A DNA stretch of 64,000 bases from Octopus sinensis (Eukaryota), in the NCBI RefSeq assembly GCF_006345805.1, contig NC_043008.1:35092001-35156000 (forward strand), written 5' to 3'. The notes under the pieces are model-generated. The model searched no databases and was not told where the DNA came from. It saw only the letters and a list, made by a program, of their open reading frames with translations. This document shows positions 27,127 through 40,039 of the stretch, one piece after another. The position numbers and the translations under genes were made by a program. Each line of letters starts with the position of its first letter. Position 1 is the stretch's first letter.

Positions 27127-27259
27127 CATACATACATACATACATAAATACATACATACATACATACATACATAAATACATACATACATACATGCATACA
27201 TACATACATACATACTGAGATACAAACATAAATACATACATACACACACATATATGTAC

Positions 27260-27353
<94 letters not shown>

Positions 27354-27540
27354 TGTACATACATGCATACATATAATGTAATATATATGCACATATACAT
27401 GTGTATCTATATGCATATATATATGTTTTACATGTTTAATGTATAATATAATGCAATATGTGACATATATATATGTATCTACATATAATTATAAATGTTA
27501 CTAAATATACATATTTATGTGTGTGTATATATATACACAC

Positions 27541-27585
<45 letters not shown>

Positions 27586-27664
27586 CATACATACATACAC
27601 ATACATACATACATACATACATACATACATACATAAATACATACATACATACATGCATACATAC

Positions 27665-27680
<16 letters not shown>
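26753..27680. repeat. ~459 bp tandem duplication of a microsatellite-rich unit
   Basis: catactgagatacaaacataaatac...gttactaaatatacatatttatg occurs twice, offset by ~459 bp. Confidence 0.85.
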
Positions 27681-27715
<35 letters not shown>

Positions 27716-28671
27716 GAAATACATATAAATACAATATAATGTGATATAAAATAATATATTATACATATATATATATATATGTGTATGTATATATATGCAT
27801 ATACATTCTTTCTTGTATATTTGCGTTCTTCTTTGTTAGTATGAAATTATATAGACCTACATAGAATTCACATGTATGTATGTGTGTGTGAGTGTATATG
27901 TGTTTATGAATGTGTGTGTGTATGAATGTGTGATTAAGTATGCATATATACACGAATACAACTTCTATATTTAGATGAACTAAATGAGAGAGTTTATTCC
28001 TTCTCTCGATATATATTTTTTGTTTCACCGTCTAATCTAGCAGTAAAATCTCGAACGGTATTCGCTTAATGCCCAATTTTTTGTTGTTATTTGTTTACTT
28101 CCTTCAACTCTACCTTAGTTCGTTTCTTCAGTTCTTCAATTCTTTCATTCCTACCATAAATCTATTTCCACTTCAATGTTGTGGCCTTTTCTCACTTCTT
28201 AGATCTCCATATACGAAACTATTGTTGGTCATTTATTCTTCAAACGTGTAAATCATTCGGATTAAAGATATGTGCACCCCCCACCCCTCGTCCGTTCGAC
28301 TCCTTTCACTTGTAAGTACGACATCAAAAGTAGAGCTCACGTTGAATAAAGAAATGGGAAACATCGAAATACGAGGTAACACACACGCTCACACACACAT
28401 ACGCACATTACACGCACACACGCATACATATACACGTGTGTGAGCAGAATACATATATACATATACATGCATATAACTATATATAAACATGCATAGACTC
28501 ATCATACATAATATAATATAATATGATATAATATATATATATATACGTTTACAAGCATACACATAGATTTATATATATACACATCAAATAATATAACAAA
28601 AGAATATAATATATGTGTACATTTATACTTTCATACACAAATATATACCCCTAATATAATAATGTATTGCG

Positions 28672-28730
<59 letters not shown>

Positions 28731-28859
28731 TTTCGGCAGAATGGTAAAAAAATAAAGTAATATTGAAGAAGCAAACGTGAAACAGTAAAACAAAGACAAC
28801 TTCAAAGAGAAAAGAATTGCAAAGATGGTGATGATGATGATGATGATGACGATGACGAT

Positions 28860-29285
28860 GATTTTCTGTAAATGTAGGACAAGGTCTCCAATTTTGAGGA
28901 ACGAAGAAGTCTATTACGCCGACCCCAGTATTCTAATGGTATTTATTCTATCGAACCCTGAAAGGATGAAAGGCAAAGTGAACCTCGGTAAATTTAAACC
29001 TCAAATGTAAAGCCGGAAGAAATGCCGTTAAATATTTCGTCGGTGTGATAACTCTTCTGCCAACTCGCCTTCTTAATACAATCCATTCTGCTATAGGTTC
29101 GTGGCCTGAAATTTTGTCGGAAAGGGGTCAGTCGATTTCATCAAAGCTTGTGCTCACGTGGATCTTATTTCATCGATTCCGAAAGGAAGAAATGTGAATT
29201 CGAACTCAGAACACAAAGACAGATAAAACGCTGGTAAACATTTTGTCCGGTGAACTAACGATTCTGCCAGCTCATCGCCTTCGCC
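28860..29285 (-). mobile_element. Two tandem SINE family B copies
   Basis: Two gaaagga.gaaa... / ttctgcca.ctc units. Confidence 0.75.
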
Positions 29286-29499
29286 GCGTTCATATTATAT
29301 TAAATGATAATAATGATAATGACGACGATAATGCTTCATTTTATTTGTTACAAGTGCGGTGGAAATGGTGGGGTTTACAAGGACAGGTTATAGAAAAAAA
29401 AAAGTACTTAGAGGAAATTTGTATTGAAATACAACGAAGAAGTAAAAGGGAAGTATACACTGCTGCATAATGGTCCTTGAATAGAACTGTCCCCTAAGG

Positions 29500-32400
29500 A
29501 ATTTTAATGAGCCATACAGCACCGGGACCGTTCTGATTACTCAAGGATAGTTCCCTCTAAAATTATCCATGTCCCGCGGGTCAAAAGTTTCCGGAAAGAG
29601 AGACTAGTCATGTGTCTTCATGTGCAGATACGAATCTCCCACACCCTAGTCTGGGACGTTGGTCAACATGCTGCGATTTCAAAGTAATTTCGATAGACTG
29701 TCAGGAAATCTCGGAGAAATAGGAATGGATACCCCGAGATATCGGCAGTATGATGTCATTCCTCGGTGTACGAGCGCAGGCTGATTGTAGGTTGTTTCGC
29801 TCGTACCAAGCTCGTCCTTTTCATCAGATTTACTGATGTGGTGGAGTCCTACATTCTTTCGTACTCCAACATTGCTTCACCGGTGGACGAAAGAACAAAT
29901 TGCGTCCCCCCCTTTCCTTCAGTTGTTTCCATTACAAAACCTATGTAGTCATAGCCATCACACTACCTGTCCTCCCCGAGCAATTATTACGATGGTCTAA
30001 CCTATATCTGGATTCGTCTTATTTGCACGTCAATAGCTATTCGACAGAACTCTACAAGTAAGCAATGATCGCACACTGAATGAATGCAGGTAAAACGGTT
30101 TCGTCACACATACTGACAGCATTTTCATGCCTGTAAAGTTTATCATCTACTTACAATATACGCTTCTGTCTGTCCAGAGTTCTCAGAAAAATAATTTGTA
30201 ATCCCGAATCGAAAGTCTTCTGAGTGGACCAGTCACTTGAATTTCATTAGCAGCAAGAGTTTCCTTGAGAACGTCTTAAACATTGCGCTCAACTATTCGC
30301 CTATAGAATACAGAGCTTGAAGTTTCACAGGGTGCATTTCAGATGAAAGCATTTGATAAAATCGCAGATGCCAGACACTTAATCTGGTCTTTGCAAAAGA
30401 GCATCTTGGTAAAAGATAGGAGCTACAGATAAAGTACATGACAAAAAGTGACATCTGCCAACAGTACAGCAGTTTTTGCAAAATCCACATCCTCATCCAT
30501 AATTGCATACCGAGGCCTCTACATAGAGGTTGTTGCCAGAAGACGTGCTGCCTGAAAAGTGGGACTCTTTTGTCACACAAGACGCAATCATCTTGTAACC
30601 TCCTCTCAGTTCATATTGGTACGGATTGAACCAGACACCAAGCAACTTAACTGATTCGTTACCCTAGTGAGTTTTACAGTGTTCACCGATCGAACTGTAT
30701 CGGTTCTTTTTGCGCCTGTCAGCAACTCTTGATCTTTTAGAATGTTGATAAAAGCTTCTGTATCTGAAGTGTCCTCCAATATTACAGTAACATCCTTTGC
30801 ATATGCAGGCACGAACCTTCCGCATCGAAGTTCGAATGATATGCCATTCAAAATCCGCAGTTTTCGAAGTAATGGCTAGAAAGTCAGTTGATATAAAAGA
30901 AATAGGGAAGGAGACTTGAAAGCATTGAGTGTGATTGGAAGATGTTCTGTTGGGTGGCCATTTAATCTGATTATGATGTCATTCAAGCAATCCATCTGAA
31001 AGCAGTACTGAAATTGGTTAGTTAAGGACAGCTGATAAGGGACGAAAGTTGACCATGTCAGAAGCTTTCGAGTAATCTAAATTGGTTACTCGCCCTTTAT
31101 GACAACACATGAAGTGGAAATTATCGTGAATATATTTATATGGGATCGCAAATGTCCGTGCTTTTCTGACCACGCTATCCATGATCAACACAAATCACTA
31201 GGCTCACACTTTGACCAAAATCTTAAACGCTTTAGTCAGCACAGTTATTGTCCAGAAATGTTAGTCCATTTTGCTCGCATCCATCTTCACAAGACTGAAG
31301 AATTTCACCTTCCGTTTCCATCCGTAGTTGACGTCACAAAATGCGTGTAGAAGGTCTGTCTCGTAGACCATCCAAAACAGGTGATTCGCTTCTCGCCGAA
31401 CAGCTTAAAGCCAAGTGTATTTTAAAAACGTTGGTCAATATGTTGCGATTTCAAAGTAATTTCGATAGACTGTCAGGAAATCTCGGAGAAATAGGAATGG
31501 ATACCCCGAGATATCGGCAGTATGATGTCATTCCTCGGTGTACGAGCGGAAACTTATTGTAGGTTGTTTTGCGAGTACCAAGCTCGCCATTTTCATCTAG
31601 TTTCGATAGATTTACTGATGTGATGGGGGTCCTACCTTCCTTCGTATTCCAACATTGCCGCTGGGAAGTACCGAAAATTCGTCTCGAACGGACATGCACC
31701 CAGACACAACTCTTCATCCAAACCCTTTCTTTCCATCGTACAACTGAAGGAGGGAAAAGACAGAAATTTGAGTCTGACAACATTAAATACTGGACAGGTT
31801 TCAACACAATAAACCTTCTGCGCATGACGGAGAAACAAAAAGAAACAAAGATGTGAGCTGATTGCTTGAACGTGCCTGCAGTAGCATCCCAGCGGTTAGT
31901 TGCACCAAATCACGGGAAAATGATTATGAAAGGGTAAAAATAAGAACCTTCATAAGTTTGATTATTTACTGAAACAGATCGGTATACCATTTCCGATCAC
32001 AAGACCCTCAAGAATCTATTGACATTGAGAATGTTCTGATACTCGACAGCGATTCAAGCAGTACGAATCAGCTGCTGCTGATGCTGCTGCTGCTACTACT
32101 GCGCCACTACTTTTGCTCCTAATGCTTCTGTTGCACCTATTACTGCTCCTGCACCTGCAACTGCTGCCGTTGCTGCCGCAGACATTGTTACTTTCATCAT
32201 TACTACTTAGTCACTGTTGTTGCTACAGTTGATGCGATTACTTTTATTGATGTTGCTTCTGCCGACGTTGCTAGTGCTACTGTTTTAACACTGGCTCTGC
32301 CTCTCAGACGACTACTGCTGTTGGCGGTGGTGGTGGCGGTGCTGCTGTTGGTTGTGGTGTTTCTGTCGTTGTTATTGTTGTTGTTGTTAAGCAACAAGAC

Positions 32401-32720
32401 GGTTAAGGGTGATTAGGTGATGGTCCAGGGCTTAGGGGCGGGAAACCCCAGACCTTGGAAAAAAACACTTTGGTCATCTTGTTGTTGTCCAGGGCTCTTC
32501 GTTGACGCCCGATACCACTGGGAGGTGGCCCTCGAAGTCGCTGGAAATGGAGATCTCCAGGTCCAAATTCTACAACGGCTGTTGTTGCTGCTGTTGGTGA
32601 TGGTGGCGCCCTTGTTGCTACCTACAACTACCCCGACATGTTGCATCTGCAAGTGTTGTCTCATTACTCACATCATAAGGGCCACAACTAAGAGAACCCT
32701 AATAGTTACTAACGTAGATG
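29500..32720 (-). mobile_element. Degraded L1/Tx1-like LINE remnant (putative ORF1 piece, APE endonuclease, RT)
   Basis: Minus strand NLDYSKASDMV (~31050-31085), AYAKDVTVIL and ELLTGAK (ORF 30606-30851), plus APE-like segment 31450-31830; many stops and frameshifts. Confidence 0.6.
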
Positions 32721-33229
32721 CAGACCCACAAATGTGGCGTAAGAGGCTAATCAAATAAATCAGCTCAGTACTTGACTGGTATCAGGTTTTATCGAGGTCC
32801 GGAAGGATGAAAGGAAAAGTTAACCTCGGCAGGATTTGAACTCGGAATATAAAGAGCTGGAATACGGCATTTTCGTTCGACACCTCAATGATTCTGTCAA
32901 TGCACAGTCCTAAAGTACGACTTGCTAAAAGGGAAACAGATGGCGGAGAGGGAATAATTTGACAAATGTCTGTAATTCATAGCACCGGACAATATTTATT
33001 GGAAATAATCGATGAAATAATAACGAACTAAAACAAAAATCAAAATCAAAAACAAAGAACGAAAACAAAACAAGACAAAGAATATTGATGGTTATCCGCA
33101 TATGGAATGCATTGACTTAATTTTCTGAATTTTATTCCTCTTTGTTTCATAAAGTTATGTATCGCTAACATTGCACTATTAGATGCTGGCCTCCACGCAT
33201 AAACATTTCAACGGAATACAAATCAAAGC

Positions 33230-34350
33230 ATCAAGAGACACATTAAGCTTAAAAGCACATCAAGACAAACAAAAACTGTATCGTTGAGCACAAGTTCAAT
33301 AGGGGAATGCGTACTTTGATGGTGGTTCATAAATAATACGAACAAATAGAGCGTGCAAATGTTGCATCGTCAGAAAAGAATAAACTGGTTCCTATTAAAA
33401 TTGATGATAATCTCAACAGAAGCTTGGTATTTATATCGCAAAACTCACAAATGAACTAAAAGTCTCGTGGGAGAATATGCTCCTATGCAAGATATATATT
33501 TTACAGTTACATCCAACACTCAACATTTATTTTTTTTCAAAAACTTATCTCCCAAAATATGCATGTATAATATCTAGAGGGAAAATATTCATTATTAGAA
33601 GTAAATTTGGGTCTCAACAGACTTGCTAATTTAAGAAGATACTTAATTAACATCTTAAAGATATCAAACGTAGAAATAGAATTGTTTAAGGAATGAATAT
33701 ATCATAAAATTACAAACAAGCAAAAATACAAATTGCAAGAAAACAGAGTTAGCGCTGAATATATAAAAAAAGAAGTAAATCTCAACGAAATCAAACCTAA
33801 GCAAATCTATATAATATCGATCAAAAAAACTGAACCAGAAACACATCAACAAAAAATACGAAATATATTTCAAATTGGGAAAGATCTTAGCGTAGAAAAA
33901 GATAGATCTAAGGCTGGGGAAGATGAAAATAGCTTAGGAACTAAAATCGATAGAATATATTTCTAAACACCAATAAAATACTCTCCCTTAATGTGAAATT
34001 TAATGATAAAATAGCGGCAAAAGTAAGAATGAAACACAAACTGAACCATTAGAGACACACTGGAAAATGGATGTGAATATCTAGACCACAAGGTTAAGTC
34101 AACTAATGTAGGTAATAGCTGGCCATATTCTCGCTGTCTGGCAATAAACTGAGTGTTAACATGAATCTCAACGCAAGTGATAATACTCAGTTAATGAAAA
34201 ATAAAGAAGGAAACCTTATTTCAGGAAAGGAGACAGGAAACGATCATACAAAACATTTCGGTTAGAAGAAGGATTTTGAGATTCTTCCCCGTTTTATAGA
34301 TTCGGGGAAACATGAATAAAATAGTACCAAATATGCCTTAAGGAAATGAA
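33230..34350 (+). mobile_element. Possible RTE-like LINE APE endonuclease remnant
   Basis: VGEYAP-like motif (~33465-33485) and NKEGNLIS (~34200-34225); very degraded. Confidence 0.3.
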
Positions 34351-34529
34351 AAACAGTTGTTATGATCCCGAGGAAAGAAAGATTTAAAACGAAACCAATA
34401 ACTATCAGACGAAGAATATTCCATGATGTTGCCTTACACTCCTTTGGTCTTTTGTTTAGTGCTAATATATTTCAGGATTAAACTGGATGTGGTTACAAAT
34501 GCAATAACGAGAGAGTCAAAATAAACTGT

Positions 34530-34936
34530 GATATATATATATATATATATACATACGAGCAAAACGACCCTCGGCCAATGAACGGTGCTAAGTTATCAAA
34601 CATTTAAACCAAATTTTCTCAAAACTACTTGTTCGACCGTTCCATAGGTCACCCCTTTCAGAAACACTGATTTAACCTAAATTTGAGACACCATCAAAAG
34701 AAGAAATAAAGATAGACTTTTTTCTATTCCAAGAAAAACGATTTTACAAATGCACGTTCCCACGGCTTTATCGATCGCATTCTCACCTGAAATCGATTTT
34801 GGTAATTTTTTTCAAGTCTTATAGACGCCCTGATATCGTCGGTATCTACATATCAAATTTGAGCGCAATCGAATGGAGGATGCCCGAGATCCGAGAAGAA
34901 ACACAGACAGACAGACAGAAGGGATTTTATATAATA
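34530..34936 (-). mobile_element. Non-autonomous Helitron-like element (same family as 19629)
   Basis: ~180 bp of high identity to 19631-19803 in reverse orientation. Confidence 0.5.
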
Positions 34937-35151
34937 TATATACACACACATTGATGTCTGTCGCTCTGAGAAAGAGACCTGATGTAAATAGTCTCGCTTG
35001 TCTATGACTTACTTTCAGGTGTTTTAAACACCAATGCATTGAAAATATAATTCTCTTATGCCAAAAAACACTGCCAACCCACGAACTAACAACACACACG
35101 CGTTGTGTATGTGGGTTTAATTTTCTTTACACACACATATATTATATACAT

Positions 35152-35224
<73 letters not shown>

Positions 35225-35672
35225 ATATGTGTGTGTGTGTGTGTGTAACAAACTGGCTAGAGATGGCACACCAATCGATATCCTGTTGCATACAATCCAC
35301 GTGTTCGGTTTTTTTAATGATGTTTGGTTCAAAGAAATAGGAAAAGGGTATCTGGAAAGGAAAACAGAATTATGGCAGTAATATCTGATTGGATAAAGAA
35401 AGAGAAATAAGACCAAAGAGTTGCAAAGTTTTGGAATCAAAGGATTTGAACGTGGACAAATGAGAGGAAATCAAAGATAAGATTTTGAGGGAAGATTTTA
35501 GATACCTTAGAGTAACACTTAATATCTTTTCTTTTATCTTTTACTGGTTTCGACCAAAGGCTGGGGCCATGCTGGAGCACCGCCTTTCAGTGTGTTTGGG
35601 TCTCCTTTTTGTAATATCGAACTAAATCGATATGCACATACATACAAACATATATGCATATATACACAAATT

Positions 35673-35716
<44 letters not shown>

Positions 35717-35741
35717 ACACACACACACTCTCTCACACACA

Positions 35742-36124
35742 AATAATGATGGTGGCTTACTACCAATTTTTCAACTGAAAGGCAAAAATATATACGTCAC
35801 TAAAGCGATTGAATGCGCTATTCATCACCAGTATGCTAGAAATAAGAGCCAAAACAATTCATAGTTACAATAACGCACCGTCTTATTTACTGACAAGGGA
35901 AGCGAGCTCCCTAAACACCGGACATAGCCAGATCGCCAGTCATTTCGCGTTTACATTAATGTTTGTGAGTGGTTCTCACCGGTACCTTGGGTTAAACTCA
36001 ACTACCCCCGTCAGCTTATAAGATCACCGATTTCATAAACGGTAAAGGTGTAAATTATAGATAATAATGGTGGCTTGTTAGCAATTTTTCAACCGAAAGG
36101 CAGCAATATATACGTCACTAAAGC

Positions 36125-36125
<1 letters not shown>
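35742..36125. repeat. ~65 bp direct repeats about 320 bp apart
   Basis: ataat.atggtggctt..ta.caatttttcaac.gaaaggca..aatatatacgtcactaaagcg at ~35743 and ~36061. Confidence 0.85.
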
Positions 36126-36167
<42 letters not shown>

Positions 36168-36246
36168 TAAATGAAATAAAACATATGCATATATATAAAC
36201 ATATATGTACGTACCTACCTCTACATGTACATATACACGCATATAT

Positions 36247-36790
36247 GAGTACAGGACACCAAAGGGACGTCGAACACAAAGAGAAACGAAAACATAGACA
36301 CAAACCAAAGGAACTGGACATTTTTTTTAAAACACCAAAAAAATGGAGTACAGGACAATTAACACAAAGAAAAAACCCCTTCTTCAGTCGCTAAGGTTTC
36401 ATCTACTCTACGTTTCGAAGGATAAAAGCGAGACGTATCTTCGACAAGAAACTTTCCTTCCTGCGAAAAGCAAATCAATTAAAATTCTGAGATCTTTTCG
36501 CAGAGGGGTAAAAAATGGTAAAAAATGGTAAAAAAACAGGACAGTAACGACAGTACAAAAATATAAACAGTAAAAGACAGGACAGGGAAAAACAAGATAA
36601 GAAGGGCTGTTGACGCCGAACGAAAAAAAGTATTGCAAACGCAGAATTTTTTTGACAGGGGAGCAGGAAGAATGTCGTACGTTACCTTGAAAGGCCAGGC
36701 CAGAAAGACAGTCAGAGCGGAAGTATCGTCGCGGGTGGACGACGGGAAGGGGGGAGGAGGAGCAAGAGGAAGGGAGAGAAGAAGGGGAAT
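36247..36790 (-). mobile_element. PLE 3' fragment (GIY-YIG C-terminus-like plus pLTR with degenerate HHR)
   Basis: Minus strand LPVV..RYFRSDCLSGL..QG......KKILRLQYFFSFGVN resembles the PLE endonuclease tail. Degenerate ttgtcga-agata...tatc..-gaaacg at ~36385-36450. Ends in (AT)n. Confidence 0.5.
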
Positions 36791-36915
36791 ATATATATAT
36801 CACGTGATCACGTGACCGACCAGACCATCAGATGTTGTTACACATCGCTGGTCACAATGCGTTCGCATTGTTTTAGCCTTCGAATGACGCCACCCCGCTG
36901 GCTAAGCGAGCAGGC

Positions 36916-36961
<46 letters not shown>

Positions 36962-37327
36962 TATATATATATAGCCTGCTCGCTTAGCCAGCGGGGTGGC
37001 GTCATTCGAAGGCTAAAACAATGCGAACGCATTGTGACCAGCGATGTGTAACAACATCTGATGGTCTGGTCGGTCACGTGATCACGTGATATATATATAT
37101 TCCCCTTCTTCTCTCCCTTCCTCTTGCTCCTCCTCCCCCCTTCCCGTCGTCCACCCGCGACGATATTTCCGCTCTGACTGTCTTTCTGGCCTGGCCTTTC
37201 AAGGTAACGTACGACATTCTTCCTGCTCCCCTGTCAAAAAAATTTTGCGTTTGCAATACTTTTTTTCGTTCGGCGTCAACAGCCCTTCTTATCTTGTTTT
37301 TCCCTGTCCTGTCTTTTACTGTTTATA
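36563..37327. repeat. ~765 bp near-perfect palindrome: ~353 bp arms around a (TA)-rich spacer
   Basis: 36563-36915 is the reverse complement of 36973-37327, with about 2 visible substitutions; the ORF track shows mirror-image peptides. Confidence 0.95.
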
Positions 37328-37544
37328 TTTATATATATATATATATTTATCATATACGTATATACATACATACCTATACACACACACACACACATATAGT
37401 CAATTTAAAAAAAAACCCAGGGAAATAAAGAAAAAGAAAAAGCAAACAAACGTGAGGACGTAGTACAAGCAATGTATTAATACGACACTCAAAGAAAGAT
37501 CAGAGTTGTTGTTTTACATTTCGAGCATATCAGAGTTTACAAAG

Positions 37545-37770
37545 AAGAGGCAACTTGGTAGAATCGTAGCAGCGCCGGACAAAATGCTTAGCGGCATTTC
37601 TTCTGTCTTTACGTTTTGAATTCGAATACCAGCGAGTCCGACTTTGCCTCTCATCCTTTCATCATTTCGGGGTAGACAAAATAAGTATCAGTTAAAGCAC
37701 TGGGTTCGATATAATCGATTATTCTCCCTCACCCAACATTTCATGCCTTGTATCTATAGTAGAAAGAATT
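37545..37770 (+). mobile_element. SINE family B copy
   Basis: tRNA-like head, gactttgcct.tcatccttt, agtagaaagaatta tail. Confidence 0.75.
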
Positions 37771-38379
37771 ATAGACTACGATGTTGTATCACCATCACCA
37801 CCATATATCCAATAATCAATATATCTATTAATCCATATATCCATTAATCCATGTTTGGTAGTATCTTATGACTGAACACTTTAAAAGAACCACAAACTAT
37901 ATGGATACGAATTAGGTTCAAATCCTACGAGACAAAGCTTCGAGGACTGATTTTACACTTCTTCATTTCAAAACAGACCTTCCACCAACTTATACTGTCT
38001 CCCCTTTTTGAGTTATCAAATGACATCCAATACACACTGTCGCCACTTTTCTGCCTACAAAGAAAATAGGTTTTACACCCTTCGTTTCTTCGTTTTATCT
38101 ATGCAATGACTGCTTCTCAGCAAATTATATTTGTTCGTCTTCTGGAGGATACTGTATCATCCCAGAACTATTTATATAAGGCTTCCATCTCATATTAACA
38201 GTCGTTTTATATTTGTACTAAATCCAGCCAAGGTGCTTGTGACTCTGGAAAATAATCACTTGCATTTCTTGATGTTACTGTTGTTTTGTTTATTGAAGTT
38301 ACTGATTGTTCTTTATTCTTCTGCATTCTTCTTCTTGATTCTGTCGTTTCCAATAAAGATGCTACATTTTCTGTTCTAT

Positions 38380-38432
38380 TGTTGATGACGATGACGACGA
38401 CGATGAAGATTTCGACAATGATGATGATAATA

Positions 38433-38479
<47 letters not shown>

Positions 38480-38560
38480 AGTGATGATGATGACAATGAT
38501 GACGACATGGACAACGACGACAACGATGATGATGATGATGATGATGATGATTATGATAAT
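38380..38560. repeat. (GAT)n microsatellite
   Basis: Seen directly. Confidence 0.95.
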
Positions 38561-39249
38561 AGGGCCACTTGTTTTTTTTTCTTCACTGACATTCTCAATA
38601 TTTTAGCTGTTGGCCTTGTTCAATATTGACATTTTTATCATTTCAACCTTCCTTTCTTTACAGATTTTTTCCCATATTTTTTGTTTTCAATGTTATCAGT
38701 GCTTTTGATGTTGTTTGTGCTTTTGTTGTTGGTTTAGTTGTTGTTGTTATTGTTGTTTTCGTCGTTTATTCTGGTATCGTTTTCATGCATCACTTCTGTG
38801 ATACATGAAATACACATTACTGATATTGTCAGAGTTGACACCAGCACATTTGTCATACTTCTCTCGAAAAAATCTTGAGAAAAAGTCATATTTTTTGCTT
38901 TCACAAAAAATGTTAGACAACAAAATTTCAAAGCAGACGACAAATTTCACGTTACACTACTACGTCAATCATGGCTGCCTCCTAGACCTCTTCTTACATC
39001 AAACGTTAAACTTGTTGACAGTTTTAATATCACCGACCGCTATTTACAGACTAGAGAAGAGTGTGTGTGCCACAACAAGTTTATGTTCACAAATTGAGGC
39101 TGACACTGAGAAATTTTCAACTCTCGTTTTCTTCAGAATCCCTTAAACGATATTAACGAGAGAAAATCCAACTTTTCTCGAGAAATTTAAGAAAGACTGC
39201 GCAAACAACGGGACGGCAACGTTATGGATCAGAGTCGCTCAAAGAACAA

Positions 39250-39315
<66 letters not shown>

Positions 39316-39324
39316 TAATAATAA

Positions 39325-39825
39325 AGGGAAAATGTAACGATTATTTGGGAACCATCAAAGCTAATAAACCGGATATTGTTGTGAAAGATCAAAACAATAA
39401 AGTCTGTTTATTGATCGACATGAGCATTCCTTGTGATCATAACATCTCAGCAAAAGAATTTGACAAGTTCAGAAAATATAAAGATTTGCTCATTGAAATT
39501 TAAAAAAAAAATGTGGCATCTCAAGGCGGTTACAATACCAATGATTATAAGAGGACTTGGAATGATGGGAACTGAAAATTAGTTGAGGATGAACCCTGGC
39601 CTACCATCCATGCAAGAAGTGCAAAAGATTGTTTTAACTGATGCATCACATGTACTGAGATGAGCATTGTCGCTGTGAATCACATAACTTGACCTTGTAA
39701 ATGAGGAATCTGGTGTGCTTATTTTTATGGCCTATCAATGTATACAGTGAGCTTCTTTGCCCTAGGTGTCGGGAAGACACTCGGCAAGAAATGGAAAGAA
39801 AATTGAAAGAAGAATAACTAATAAT
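39325..39825 (+). mobile_element. R4/Dong LINE 3' fragment (RLE domain and 3' UTR) after (TAA)n
   Basis: TIKANKPDIVVKDQNNKVCLLIDMSIP...KFRKYKDLLIEI; 3' end shared with 46762-47035. Confidence 0.85.
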
Positions 39826-39913
39826 ATTGATGCGGGGGAGGAGAACTTCTTTGTTGACCACAAAAGGTTTAAATTAAGAAAAACATTATGGACGGCATAA
39901 AATAAAACACCGC

Positions 39914-39953
<40 letters not shown>

Positions 39954-40039
39954 TGTGTGTGCGTGCGTGCGTGTGTTATTGCCCGTAAACGGGTTTCGCA
40001 ATAAAAGAAGTAGTAATAAAATTTTAACAATGAGTATTC

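Noticed and set aside
38770-39240. Possible Tc1-like transposase C-terminal remnant
   Set aside because: WPPxSPDLNP motif not recoverable and no TIRs found.
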